Assembly (NCBI GenBank): GCA_030744625.1
Contig: JASLQF010000005.1
Span: 8,482 to 72,481 of the forward strand
Direction of reading: 5' to 3'
Length of the DNA stretch: 64,000 nt
DNA from: Rhodospirillales bacterium
GTDB lineage: Bacteria > Pseudomonadota > Alphaproteobacteria > Rhodospirillales > JASLQF01
Position 1 is the stretch's first letter; each line of letters begins with the position of its first letter. The translations under genes were made by a program, and so were the position numbers. Under the pieces are notes generated by a model. That model saw only the letters and a program-made list of their open reading frames with translations, had not been told where the DNA came from and did not search any database. Positions 9,084 to 19,952 of this stretch are shown here, piece by piece.

Positions 9084-10898
9084 TTGAAGCTTTCAACACC
9101 CTTCATCCGGTTTCCGATCCGCTTCGACGCGGATCGACTGGGAAAAGAGGCCCACGAACTCGCCAACGCGGCCGAATGGGAAGCGCCGTTGGGCCGCGAG
9201 GTCGGCGATGCCGTATTGCGCCTGGACTTGGTGGGTGGGCGGGGGCCCATTTACCTGATGCAGGTCTTGGCTGCGTTCGAAACCGTAATAGCAAACCCTC
9301 GCCTGGTACGCTTCGACCCCGGATGCGAGCCGCCGGACCGCATCGGACTGGAATACTACTGGAAGACCCATCAACCCATTCACCTGCCGATCCTGACGGT
9401 CGACGGGCACCGCGCCTGGAGCGGCGGAAAAGACATCGAACCGAAGCCGGGCGAGGCGTGGCTCATGGACACTTGGCGGCCCTACCGGATCGACAATCCG
9501 GGCGGAGAGGCTTCGATTCACCTGTGCGTCGATACCTGTGGCACGGCCGCGTTCTGGGATCGCGCCTATAAGGGTGACCAGCCCTTCAACCCCAAGCACG
9601 AGATGGGCATTGTGCGGAAGGACGTTGTTTTCGCCGCAACCAACAGTCCCGAATTGCCCATGGAGAGTGTCGAGCCCCTTGGCGTCATGACGCCGGGCGA
9701 GCTTGAGTTCCTGGTGAGTGGTCTCGTCGACGCGTTGGAGGAGGGTGGAAAAGTCAAGGGCGTACGCTCCGACGTTTTCCGGGAGATCGTCGCCTATCTC
9801 GTCGCGGAATGGAGGGCGACTTGGGCCCAGAAAGGAAAGCGGGATAGGGGAAGCGCCGCGTTTCGTTCGCTTGTCGACGAAGTCTTGCGCCGGGTGAAAC
9901 GACTTCCGGGTGATCTCGTGATTCCGGCGAACGGCGCCAATGCCTTCAACGCGCTGAGCCATGTCCTGAAAGCGGCCTTGGCGGTCGAACCCGAAACGCA
10001 AGGCACGGCGGCGAAATCCCGTGCCGAGAGCGTGACCGGTTTGTTCGACCGTCCGACGTTCATCGTTTCGGCGCCTAGATCCGGCAGCACGTTGTTATTC
10101 GAGACTTTGGCCAACAACATGAGGCTGTGGACGCTCGGCGGCGAGGGGCGCGGAGAGATCGAGCGCATCGACGCGCTCAACACCGAGAAACGGGGTTACC
10201 ACTCCAATCGGATCACGGAGGACCTGGCGACCCCCAAGGTGCGGCGCGAACTGGTGCAAAACTACCTCCGTCGCCTGCAAAATTCGCGCTCCGTGCTCTA
10301 CAGAAAGGAAAACGCCAAGGTGCGACCGAAGAATCCGAGGTTCCTCGAAAAGACGCCCATGAACTCACTGCGCATACCGTTCTTCAAGGCACTTTTTCCG
10401 GACGCGCTCTTCATCTACCTCCACCGCAACCCACGGGACAATATTTCAAGCATGATGGATGCCTGGCGATCGGGCGGATACGTGACCTATCCCAAACTCC
10501 CGGACTGGGAAGGGCCGCCATGGTCGCTTCTCCTGCCACCGGGCTGGCGGGAGTTCGTCGGAAAGCCGACCGAGGAAATAGCAGCCTTCCAGTGGGCCAC
10601 GACCAACGACGTGATCATCGAGGACCTCTCGGCGATACCGAAGGATGACTGGTGCGTGGTTTCGTACGAATCGTTCGTGGGCGATCCGGCGGGGGAGATC
10701 AAGCGCCTCTGTGAATTCATGGACATCCAGTTCGGTCCCCGTCTGCGCGAAGTCACGTCCCGCCCGTTGCGCCTCTCCCGCCATACGCTGGAGCCCCCCG
10801 ACCCCGACAAATGGCGCAATAACGAGGCCGAATTATCACGCGTCCTGCCCGATATCGAGGCGGTGGCGGAACGGGTCAGAGCTTTCAGCGAGGCGTAA
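9084..10898 (+). CDS. Two-domain protein: Asp/Asn beta-hydroxylase-like cupin (N) fused to a PAPS-type sulfotransferase (C)
   Basis: 604 aa from the TTG at 9084. An in-frame TGA at 9075 forbids an earlier start, and the first ATG is about 57 codons in, so the start is uncertain. The N-half has IHLPI...GEAWLMDTW...IHLCVD, reminiscent of the AspH core. The C-half has SAPRSGSTLL (5'-PSB) and HRNPRDNISS (3'-PB) sulfotransferase motifs. Confidence 0.65.
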   Translation: MKLSTPFIRFPIRFDADRLGKEAHELANAAEWEAPLGREVGDAVLRLDLVGGRGPIYLMQVLAAFETVIANPRLVRFDPGCEPPDRIGLEYYWKTHQPIHLPILTVDGHRAWSGGKDIEPKPGEAWLMDTWRPYRIDNPGGEASIHLCVDTCGTAAFWDRAYKGDQPFNPKHEMGIVRKDVVFAATNSPELPMESVEPLGVMTPGELEFLVSGLVDALEEGGKVKGVRSDVFREIVAYLVAEWRATWAQKGKRDRGSAAFRSLVDEVLRRVKRLPGDLVIPANGANAFNALSHVLKAALAVEPETQGTAAKSRAESVTGLFDRPTFIVSAPRSGSTLLFETLANNMRLWTLGGEGRGEIERIDALNTEKRGYHSNRITEDLATPKVRRELVQNYLRRLQNSRSVLYRKENAKVRPKNPRFLEKTPMNSLRIPFFKALFPDALFIYLHRNPRDNISSMMDAWRSGGYVTYPKLPDWEGPPWSLLLPPGWREFVGKPTEEIAAFQWATTNDVIIEDLSAIPKDDWCVVSYESFVGDPAGEIKRLCEFMDIQFGPRLREVTSRPLRLSRHTLEPPDPDKWRNNEAELSRVLPDIEAVAERVRAFSEA

Positions 10899-10932
10899 TC
10901 CATCGCTGATTGGCCATCAATGAGCCCAGAGC

Positions 10933-12654
10933 CTACTGGTGCGTGAGGACGTTGAGCACCGCCTGGCGGCCCTCGTTGTCGACGGCGTCGAGGGCGCGTG
11001 CGATGGCGGCGGGCAGGTCCCGGGCGCGTTCCACCTTCTCGCCGTAACCGCCCGAGGCCTCGACGATGAGCTGGTATTCGGGCGCCGGCTCGAGATAGGT
11101 GAGCGGCGCGCGGTTGGACTTGGCGGCGGCGCCGTCCGGGTAGATGTTGAGCGTCGCATTGCGCACCGCCGCCCACATGCGGTTGTTGAGGATGATGGTG
11201 AGGGTGGGCAGGTCATGGGCCTGGCTCACGAAGTGGGCCGGCGTCGGGTTGCCGAACATGTAGCTGCCGTCGCCGACGACGCCGACGACGCGCCGCTCCG
11301 GCCTCCCCAGCTTGACGCCGATCGCCGCGCCCAGTCCCCAGCCGAGGCCGCCCGCCGAGCTGCTCCCGAAATAGGTTCCGGGCTTCTCGAAGTCCATGAA
11401 GTCGAGGGCGAACGGCATCTCCGTGACCAGGACATCGTCCCGCCCCATGACCTTGTTCAGGCACGCCGCCACCCACGCCGGGGTCGGGGCGGCCTCCCCG
11501 GCCTGTGCCGCCAGCGTCTTTTCCCGGCCGGCATCGCGCCTCCCCCGCCAACGCGTCAGGCGTTTGCGGCGCGCCTCGATACGCGCCTTGGTCTTGGCGA
11601 CTCGCGCCGCCCCGGCCAGGGCCCGGGCCAAGGCCCCGAGCGTCGCACCGGACGAGCCGGCGAGCGCCAAATCGGCGCGGAAGCTGCGCATGGGATAGCC
11701 GCTGAACAAGGGATCGGCGCCGATATGGATGACACGCGCCTCGGGGTCGACGTCGTGGAGCTCGGGTATCCACGGTACGTCGCTGTCGAGCACCACGATC
11801 AGGTCGGCCTCGCCAAGCAGCGGCTTGGGGTCGAAGCCCATGTGCATGGGATGAGTCGTGGGAAGGAACGTGTAGCGCGCCTGGTGGCCGACCACCGGCA
11901 GGGCGAAGCGCTGGGCGAGCCTGGCGAGGGCGGGAACGTCGTCGGCGTTGCGCCCGAAGCTGGAGGTGACGACGAGCGGGCGCCGCGCCCGGGCGATCCA
12001 CTGGGCGGCGAGCCGCGTCGCTGCGGCGTCCGGAGCGGCCGCCGACGCCGGCTGCCGCAAGCTCGGAGAATCGAACGCGACAGTGCCGGCGCCGTCGACC
12101 AGCACCTCTCGCGGCAGGGAGACGTATACGGGACCGCGCGGCTCGCTCATGGCGACCGACAGCGCCCGGTCGACCACCGCCTCGACCTGCGCCGGGTTGC
12201 GCAACTCGTAATCCCATTTGACGACATCTCGCACCATCGACGCCTGATCGAACATCTCCTGGCCCCAATGGATGTACACGCTGCGCGCCCCGCGCGCGCC
12301 GTCCTCGTTGATCGGCGTCCGTCCGGCGGCGAGCACCAGGGGGATGTTTTCGCGCGCCGCGTTGAAGAGGCCGCATATGGCGTTGGCCGTGCCCACGTTG
12401 ACGTGCACCATGACCGCCTGCGGCCGGCCGGTCGCCAGATAGGCGCCATGGGCCATGGCCACCGCCAGGTTCTCGTGGGGCGCGATGATGGGTCGCGGCG
12501 CCCGCGCCTCGCCGGTCGCCGCCTTGGCCAGGCCCTCGATGATCGAGGCGAAGTCGGTGCCGGCGTTTCCGAACAGGTAGTCGACGCCGCGGTCCGCCAG
12601 CAGCTCGAGGAACGCCTCGCCGGCGCTATCCACTTTGAGGTTTCGTTTGGGCAT
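10933..12654 (-). CDS. Thiamine-diphosphate-dependent enzyme, acetolactate-synthase-like
   Basis: Track ORF of 573 aa. N-terminal GVDYLFGNAGTDF pyrimidine-binding domain and C-terminal VGDGSYMFG...ILNN ThDP/Mg motif. The specific reaction cannot be assigned. Confidence 0.8.
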   Translation of the reverse strand: MPKRNLKVDSAGEAFLELLADRGVDYLFGNAGTDFASIIEGLAKAATGEARAPRPIIAPHENLAVAMAHGAYLATGRPQAVMVHVNVGTANAICGLFNAARENIPLVLAAGRTPINEDGARGARSVYIHWGQEMFDQASMVRDVVKWDYELRNPAQVEAVVDRALSVAMSEPRGPVYVSLPREVLVDGAGTVAFDSPSLRQPASAAAPDAAATRLAAQWIARARRPLVVTSSFGRNADDVPALARLAQRFALPVVGHQARYTFLPTTHPMHMGFDPKPLLGEADLIVVLDSDVPWIPELHDVDPEARVIHIGADPLFSGYPMRSFRADLALAGSSGATLGALARALAGAARVAKTKARIEARRKRLTRWRGRRDAGREKTLAAQAGEAAPTPAWVAACLNKVMGRDDVLVTEMPFALDFMDFEKPGTYFGSSSAGGLGWGLGAAIGVKLGRPERRVVGVVGDGSYMFGNPTPAHFVSQAHDLPTLTIILNNRMWAAVRNATLNIYPDGAAAKSNRAPLTYLEPAPEYQLIVEASGGYGEKVERARDLPAAIARALDAVDNEGRQAVLNVLTHQ

Positions 12655-12672
12655 GACTGGTTCGCCGCTCCT

Positions 12673-13062
12673 CTACATCCTGGGCATGAACATGCCGCGA
12701 CTGGCGATCATCCCAAAGAACAGGGCGCCCACCGAAAGGGCCACCGAGACGGTAGCATAAAGGGCGCAAAGATCGAGCCTTCCGCGCTCGTAAAGCAGGG
12801 CAAAGTCCATGGAAAAGGCCGAGAAGGTCGTGAACGCGCCGAGGAATCCGACGACCAGGAAAAGCCGCAGCTCCGCCGTCACGTTCCAACGCAGCGCCAG
12901 CGCCTCGATGAGGACCCCCAGCATGAGCGAGCCGGCGATATTTACGATGATGGTGCCATAGGGGAAGTTCAGCCCGAACAGCCTGGTCGCCAGGACGAGG
13001 ACCAGGTAGCGCGCCATGGCGCCGAGCGCGCCACCCGCGCCTACAGCCAATATCGCTTTCAT
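12673..13062 (-). CDS. crcB: Fluoride ion channel CrcB/FluC
   Basis: Track ORF of 129 aa. Four hydrophobic segments, with GALGAMARY and GFLGAFTTFSAF family motifs. Confidence 0.85.
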   Translation of the reverse strand: MKAILAVGAGGALGAMARYLVLVLATRLFGLNFPYGTIIVNIAGSLMLGVLIEALALRWNVTAELRLFLVVGFLGAFTTFSAFSMDFALLYERGRLDLCALYATVSVALSVGALFFGMIASRGMFMPRM

Positions 13063-13081
13063 TACCGCTACGCCGGCGCGC

Positions 13082-15198
<2,117 letters not shown>

Positions 15199-15536
15199 GG
15201 CGCCGCCGCCCCCCGTTGCCGTTGGCCGATCGGATTCCGTTCTTAGGTGCTTTTGCGGCGTGGCGTCAATGCGCTACACGCCCAGCGACCAGGTACCGTG
15301 CAGACTTTATGCCGGCGTTTCTCCATCCCCTGGATGTCATCGGAGGCCTTTGTGAACAAGAGCAAGTTAAGGCGCTCACGTCCCCCGATTTGGACCTACA
15401 CGGTCGGCGACGGGGCTAATCGCAGTGCAATCTCCCCGCTAATTCCCTTTATTTTCCCGTTTAACAGGGAACACGGCGGAGACGAGTTCGCACCAGACTG
15501 CCCTCTTCAATAAGAATCGTAACTCCGCCTTTTTAG

Positions 15537-15701
15537 GCGGTGTCCTTGCCGCCCGGGAAACAACGTTCCGCGGTCAAGGCGGCGCTCGGCCTCAGCCCCC
15601 ACGACCACATCATAGGCTTCCTCTATACCGGCACCATCGAGGTCGGGCCGGGACCGGCCGAGGCGCCGGACCTCGGCGACTACGTCAGCGATTGGGCTTG
15701 A
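15537..15701 (+). pseudogene. C-terminal remnant of a nitroreductase-family gene
   Basis: The frame is open only from the TAG at 15534-15536 to the TGA at 15699-15701. The translation ...RSAVKAALGLSPHDHIIGFLYTGTIEVGPGPAEAPDLGDYVSDWA resembles the last ~40 aa of nitroreductases. No start codon or N-terminal domain lies upstream. Confidence 0.35.
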
Positions 15702-15728
15702 GCGGGCAGGGGGGGGGCGCCGCTCCCC

Positions 15729-16526
15729 TTAACGCTTCTCCGGCATCACACGCTCCAGGGCCGCCCAGTGGTCGTCGTCGACCCAGAGCTCGGTGAAGAG
15801 TTCGGTCTCCAGTGCCGCCAGCTCGTCGCGTCCGAGGCCGCGCCGGCGCGCCCGCGCCATTTTCTTGAATGCACGGAGCACCGGGCGGGTCAGCGCTACC
15901 ATGGGGTCCAGGAACTCGTCGCACACGTCCTCCATGGCCTGGCCTGGCGACCCGACGGCGTCGGCGAGCCCCATGGCCAGGGCTTCGGCGCCGTCCACAT
16001 ACTCGGTGCGCGACATGAGCCTGTGCGCCCGCACCGGCCCGACCACGTCCATGAGGTCGATGCCGCCGCCCCAGCCGGAGCCGACCGCGATGCGCCCCTG
16101 CACGAACCCGAAGCACGCCCCCGCCGCCGTAACGCGGAAGTCGCAGGCCAGGGCCAGCTCCGTGCCTCCGCCCAGCGCGTCGCCGTTGAGCGCCGCTACC
16201 ACCGGCACCGGGAATTCGCGCACGGCGTCGAAACGGGCCCGCGTCTCAAGGGAGAAGGCGCGCGCCTCGGCGGCCGTCTTCATGGCGCGCAGCTCGTGGA
16301 GGTCGCCGCCGGCGGCGAAGTACTTGTCGCCGGCGCCGGTGATCACGGCGACCTTGAGGCGGTCGTCAGTGGCGTGCGCCGAGAAGGCCTCGCCGATGGC
16401 GCCGAGCACGGCGCGGTTCAAGGCGTTGTGCTTTTCGGGCCGGTTGACGGTGAGCCACAGCACCTCGCCCCGGCGTTCGGCCAGCAGTACGGAAGAAGGC
16501 GCGCTTTTTTCGGGATCGTCTTTCAT
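15729..16526 (-). CDS. Enoyl-CoA hydratase/isomerase (crotonase) family protein
   Basis: Track ORF of 265 aa. LWLTVNRPEKHNAL, FAAGGDL and ALGGGTELALACDFR motifs. Confidence 0.85.
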   Translation of the reverse strand: MKDDPEKSAPSSVLLAERRGEVLWLTVNRPEKHNALNRAVLGAIGEAFSAHATDDRLKVAVITGAGDKYFAAGGDLHELRAMKTAAEARAFSLETRARFDAVREFPVPVVAALNGDALGGGTELALACDFRVTAAGACFGFVQGRIAVGSGWGGGIDLMDVVGPVRAHRLMSRTEYVDGAEALAMGLADAVGSPGQAMEDVCDEFLDPMVALTRPVLRAFKKMARARRRGLGRDELAALETELFTELWVDDDHWAALERVMPEKR

Positions 16527-16659
16527 GGCCGGGGATCGGAGCGGTTGGCGGGATGGGTGATTAAGGAGCGCCGCGCGAATTGTCTGATGGCGCCGCGATT
16601 GGTTGATATTATGCTGGTCCGCGCGCGCGCTAGAGTCAAGAAAGCCGGGGGGAAAGAGC

Positions 16660-18063
16660 GTGTCCGACGAAATCGCCTACATGACGGCGCTGGAGGTCCG
16701 CGCCGCCATCGCCGCCAAGGATCTGTCGCCGGTGGAGGCCGCCGAGGCGACGCTCGCCCATGCCACCGGCCTCGAGCCCAAGCTCAACGCGTTTGCCGAG
16801 ATGACGCCGGAGGTGGCGCTGGCCGCCGCCCGCCAGGCCGAGAAAAGGCTGATGGCGGGCGAGGCGACGGGACTCCTCGAGGGCGTCCCGGTCTCGGTCA
16901 AGGACCTGGTCCCCATGAAGGACGTCAAGTGGACCATGGGCTCGCGGGTGATGGCCGACAACGTCGCCGACTTCGACGCGCCGTCGGTGCGCCGCCTCCG
17001 CGAGCACGGCGCCGTCATCATCGGCAAGACGACGACAAGCGAGTTCGGCTGCAAGGCGGTGGGCGACAGCCCGCTGCACGGCATCACTCACAACCCCTGG
17101 AACCTGGACAAAACCCCGGGCGGCTCGTCGGCGGGGGGCGCCGCCAGCGTCGCCGCCGGCACCACGCCGCTGGCGCTTGGCACGGACGGCGGCGGCTCCA
17201 TCCGCATCCCCGCCTCGTTCTGCGGCCTGGTCGGGATCAAGGCGAATTTCGCCCGCGTCCCCACCTATCCGGTGAGCGCCACCATGACCCTGTCGCACCA
17301 GTGCCCGATGGCGCGCACCGTCCGTGACGCCGCCCTCATGCTCACGGCTTTGGCCGGCCACGACCGCCAGGACCCCTTCTCGGTGGCCGAGCCGGTGCCC
17401 GATTTCCTGGGCGCTTGCGAGGCAAGCGTGACCGGCATGAAGATCGCCTGGAGCCCGACGCTGGGCTACGCCCGTCCCTTGCCCGAGGTGGTGGAAATCT
17501 GCGCGGGCGCGGCCAAGGCCTTCGAGGACATGGGGTGCGCCGTCGAGCAGGTGGAGACGGTCATGGACGACCCCGTCGACATCTGGAACGCCGAGTTCTA
17601 CGCCGGCGTCGGCACCCGCCTCAAGGAGACCATGGAGAAGACGCCCGAGCTCCTGGATCCCACCGTGCTCGCCATGCTGAAAGAATCGCTCGACATGGAT
17701 ATCGAGGACTACATCGCCAATGTCTTCCGGCGCTACGAATTCCGCGAGGCGACGCGCCTCTTCTTCGAGAATTACGACCTCCTGCTGTCGCCGGCCCTTC
17801 CCGTGCCCGCCCTCGACGCCGGCACCGACATGCCGACGGGGATGCCGGACGACCGCAACGCGGTGTCGTGGACCTATTACACCTATCCCTTCAACCTGAG
17901 CGGACAGCCGGCGGCGTCGGTCCCGGCCGGGTTCACGGCCGGCGGCCTGCCGGTGGGCCTGCAAATGGTCTCGAAAATCAACCGCGAGGTCGATATATTC
18001 CGCGCGGCGGCGGCGCTGGAAGAGGCGCGGCCGTGGGCCGACGCCCGCCCGTCCCTGACCTGA
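16660..18063 (+). CDS. Amidase (amidase-signature family)
   Basis: Track ORF 16603..18063. I prefer the in-frame GTG at 16660, which is preceded by GGGGGGAAAGAG. GGSSAGGAASVAAG signature and conserved K/S/S context. Confidence 0.85.
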   Translation: MSDEIAYMTALEVRAAIAAKDLSPVEAAEATLAHATGLEPKLNAFAEMTPEVALAAARQAEKRLMAGEATGLLEGVPVSVKDLVPMKDVKWTMGSRVMADNVADFDAPSVRRLREHGAVIIGKTTTSEFGCKAVGDSPLHGITHNPWNLDKTPGGSSAGGAASVAAGTTPLALGTDGGGSIRIPASFCGLVGIKANFARVPTYPVSATMTLSHQCPMARTVRDAALMLTALAGHDRQDPFSVAEPVPDFLGACEASVTGMKIAWSPTLGYARPLPEVVEICAGAAKAFEDMGCAVEQVETVMDDPVDIWNAEFYAGVGTRLKETMEKTPELLDPTVLAMLKESLDMDIEDYIANVFRRYEFREATRLFFENYDLLLSPALPVPALDAGTDMPTGMPDDRNAVSWTYYTYPFNLSGQPAASVPAGFTAGGLPVGLQMVSKINREVDIFRAAAALEEARPWADARPSLT

Positions 18064-18144
18064 TTGCCGGCCCGCGCCAGAGAATAACTGTCCGTGCAAT
18101 CGAATAACCGCCCGCGCAATCGAAAAACCTTAAGGAGCCCGCCC

Positions 18145-19941
18145 ATGTTCACCACCCGCCCGGAACTTTCCGGCACCTTTGGCGCCGTCGCCTCCACCCA
18201 TTGGCTGGCCTCGGCGTCGGGCATGGCCATGCTGGAGGCCGGGGGCAACGCCTTCGACGCGGTGGTCGCCGCCGGCCTCGTGTTGCAGGTGGCGGAGCCC
18301 CACCTCAACGGTCCGGGCGGCGACCTGCCGATGATCTACCACCGCGCCGACACCGGCGAGACCAAGGTGGTGTGCGCCCAGGGAACGGCGCCGGCCGGCG
18401 CCACCATCGCCCACTACCGGGACCTCGGCCTCGACTTGGTGCCGGCGTCGGGGCTTCTCGCCACCGTGGTGCCGGGCGCCTTCGACGGCTGGATGGTCAT
18501 GCTGCGCGACCACGGTACCATGCGCCTGGAAGACGTGTTCGAACGCGCCATCCACTACGCCGAGACCGGCATCCCGGTGGTCGAGCGCATGCACGAGACC
18601 ATCGCCGTGGTGCGCGATCTGTTCACCGACGAGTGGACGACGTCGGCCGATCTCTACCTGCGCGGCGGCGCCGTGCCCGCCATTGGCTCGTATCACGTCA
18701 ACAAGACCCTGGCGGCGACGTGGCGGCGCCTGCTCGCCGAGGCCAAGGCCGGCGGTGGCAGTGGTGGTGGGCGCGAGGGCGAGATCGAGGCGGTGCGCCG
18801 GGCGTGGTACGAGGGCTTCGTCGCCGAGGAGATCGACCGCTACTGCCGCGATACCGAGATCATGGACACCAGCGGGCGGCGCCATCGGGGCGTGCTGAGC
18901 GGCGCCGACATGGCGGCGTGGCGGGCCACCTATGAGGACCCAGTGCGCTACGACTACGGCGATTACACGGTGTGCAAGGGCGGGCCGTGGTCGCAGGGGC
19001 CGGTGTTTTTGCAGCAGCTCGCCCTTCTCGCGGGCTTCGACTTGGCGGCCATGGACCCGCTGGGACCTGAGTTCGTCCACACCGTGGTCGAGTGCGCCAA
19101 GCTCGCCTTCGCCGACCGCGAGGCTTTCTACGGGGACCCGGATTTCGTCGACGTGCCCATGGAGACCCTGCTGTCGGACGACTACAACGCGGCGCGGCGC
19201 AAGCTCATCGGCGCCGAAGCGTCCATGGAAGTCCGCCCCGGCACGATCGAAGGTTATGGTGGCGCCGTCGACGACGAGGCGGCCGATCGGGTGGCGTTGA
19301 AGGGGGCGCCCGGCGCCATGGGCTACGGCGAACCGACGGTGAGCGGGGATGGCGCGGCGCGCGGTGACACCTGTCACGTCGACGTCGTCGACAAAGACGG
19401 CAACATGGTCTCGGCGACGCCGTCGGGGGGCTGGCTGCAAAGCTCGCCGGTGATCCCCGAACTCGGTTTTTGCCTGAATTCCCGGGGCCAGATGTTCTGG
19501 TTGAAGGAAGGGTTGCCGGCCAGTCTGGAGCCCGGCAAGCGGCCGCGCTCGACGCTTTCGGTGAACCTCTGCCTGCGCGGCGGCGAGCCCTACATGGTGT
19601 TCGGCACGCCGGGCGGCGACCAGCAGGACCAGTGGTCACTGTCGTTCTTCCTGCGTCACGTGCACCATGGCATGAACCTTCAAGAGTCCATCGACGCGCC
19701 GCAGTGGCAGAACATGCACTTCCTGAGTTCGTTCTGGCCGCGCTCCATCGACACCGGCGTGCTCGAACTGGAAGACCGCTTCGCCGCCGCCACCATCGAC
19801 GATCTCAATCGGCGCGGTCACCGGGCGGGCCAGGCGGATGGCTGGTCGTTCGGGCGCATGTCGGCGGTCTCCCGGGCCGACGGCGTCATCCGCGCCGCCG
19901 CCAACCCGCGCCACATGCAGGGCTACGCGGTGGGGCGCTGA
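18145..19941 (+). CDS. ggt: Gamma-glutamyltranspeptidase family protein
   Basis: Track ORF 18094..19941, with an in-frame ATG at 18145 after AAGGAG. FGAVASTHWLASASG N-terminus and a GDTCHVDVVD nucleophile-Thr region. Confidence 0.8.
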   Translation: MFTTRPELSGTFGAVASTHWLASASGMAMLEAGGNAFDAVVAAGLVLQVAEPHLNGPGGDLPMIYHRADTGETKVVCAQGTAPAGATIAHYRDLGLDLVPASGLLATVVPGAFDGWMVMLRDHGTMRLEDVFERAIHYAETGIPVVERMHETIAVVRDLFTDEWTTSADLYLRGGAVPAIGSYHVNKTLAATWRRLLAEAKAGGGSGGGREGEIEAVRRAWYEGFVAEEIDRYCRDTEIMDTSGRRHRGVLSGADMAAWRATYEDPVRYDYGDYTVCKGGPWSQGPVFLQQLALLAGFDLAAMDPLGPEFVHTVVECAKLAFADREAFYGDPDFVDVPMETLLSDDYNAARRKLIGAEASMEVRPGTIEGYGGAVDDEAADRVALKGAPGAMGYGEPTVSGDGAARGDTCHVDVVDKDGNMVSATPSGGWLQSSPVIPELGFCLNSRGQMFWLKEGLPASLEPGKRPRSTLSVNLCLRGGEPYMVFGTPGGDQQDQWSLSFFLRHVHHGMNLQESIDAPQWQNMHFLSSFWPRSIDTGVLELEDRFAAATIDDLNRRGHRAGQADGWSFGRMSAVSRADGVIRAAANPRHMQGYAVGR

Positions 19942-19952
19942 GACGACGATGC

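Noticed and set aside
13063-13081. Fluoride riboswitch expected upstream of crcB
   Set aside because: Only 19 nt separate crcB from the frmA stop. That is too short for the riboswitch, and no conserved riboswitch-like sequence was seen.
15247-15513. 88-aa plus-strand ORF in the gene-poor stretch
   Set aside because: No motif, odd composition, no ribosome-binding site and no partner genes. I treat it as non-coding unless expression data say otherwise.
15719-15727. G9 homopolymer as a possible phase-variation tract
   Set aside because: It lies between the end of a gene remnant and the 3' end of the crotonase gene, not in a promoter or a coding 5' region, so slippage would have no obvious target.
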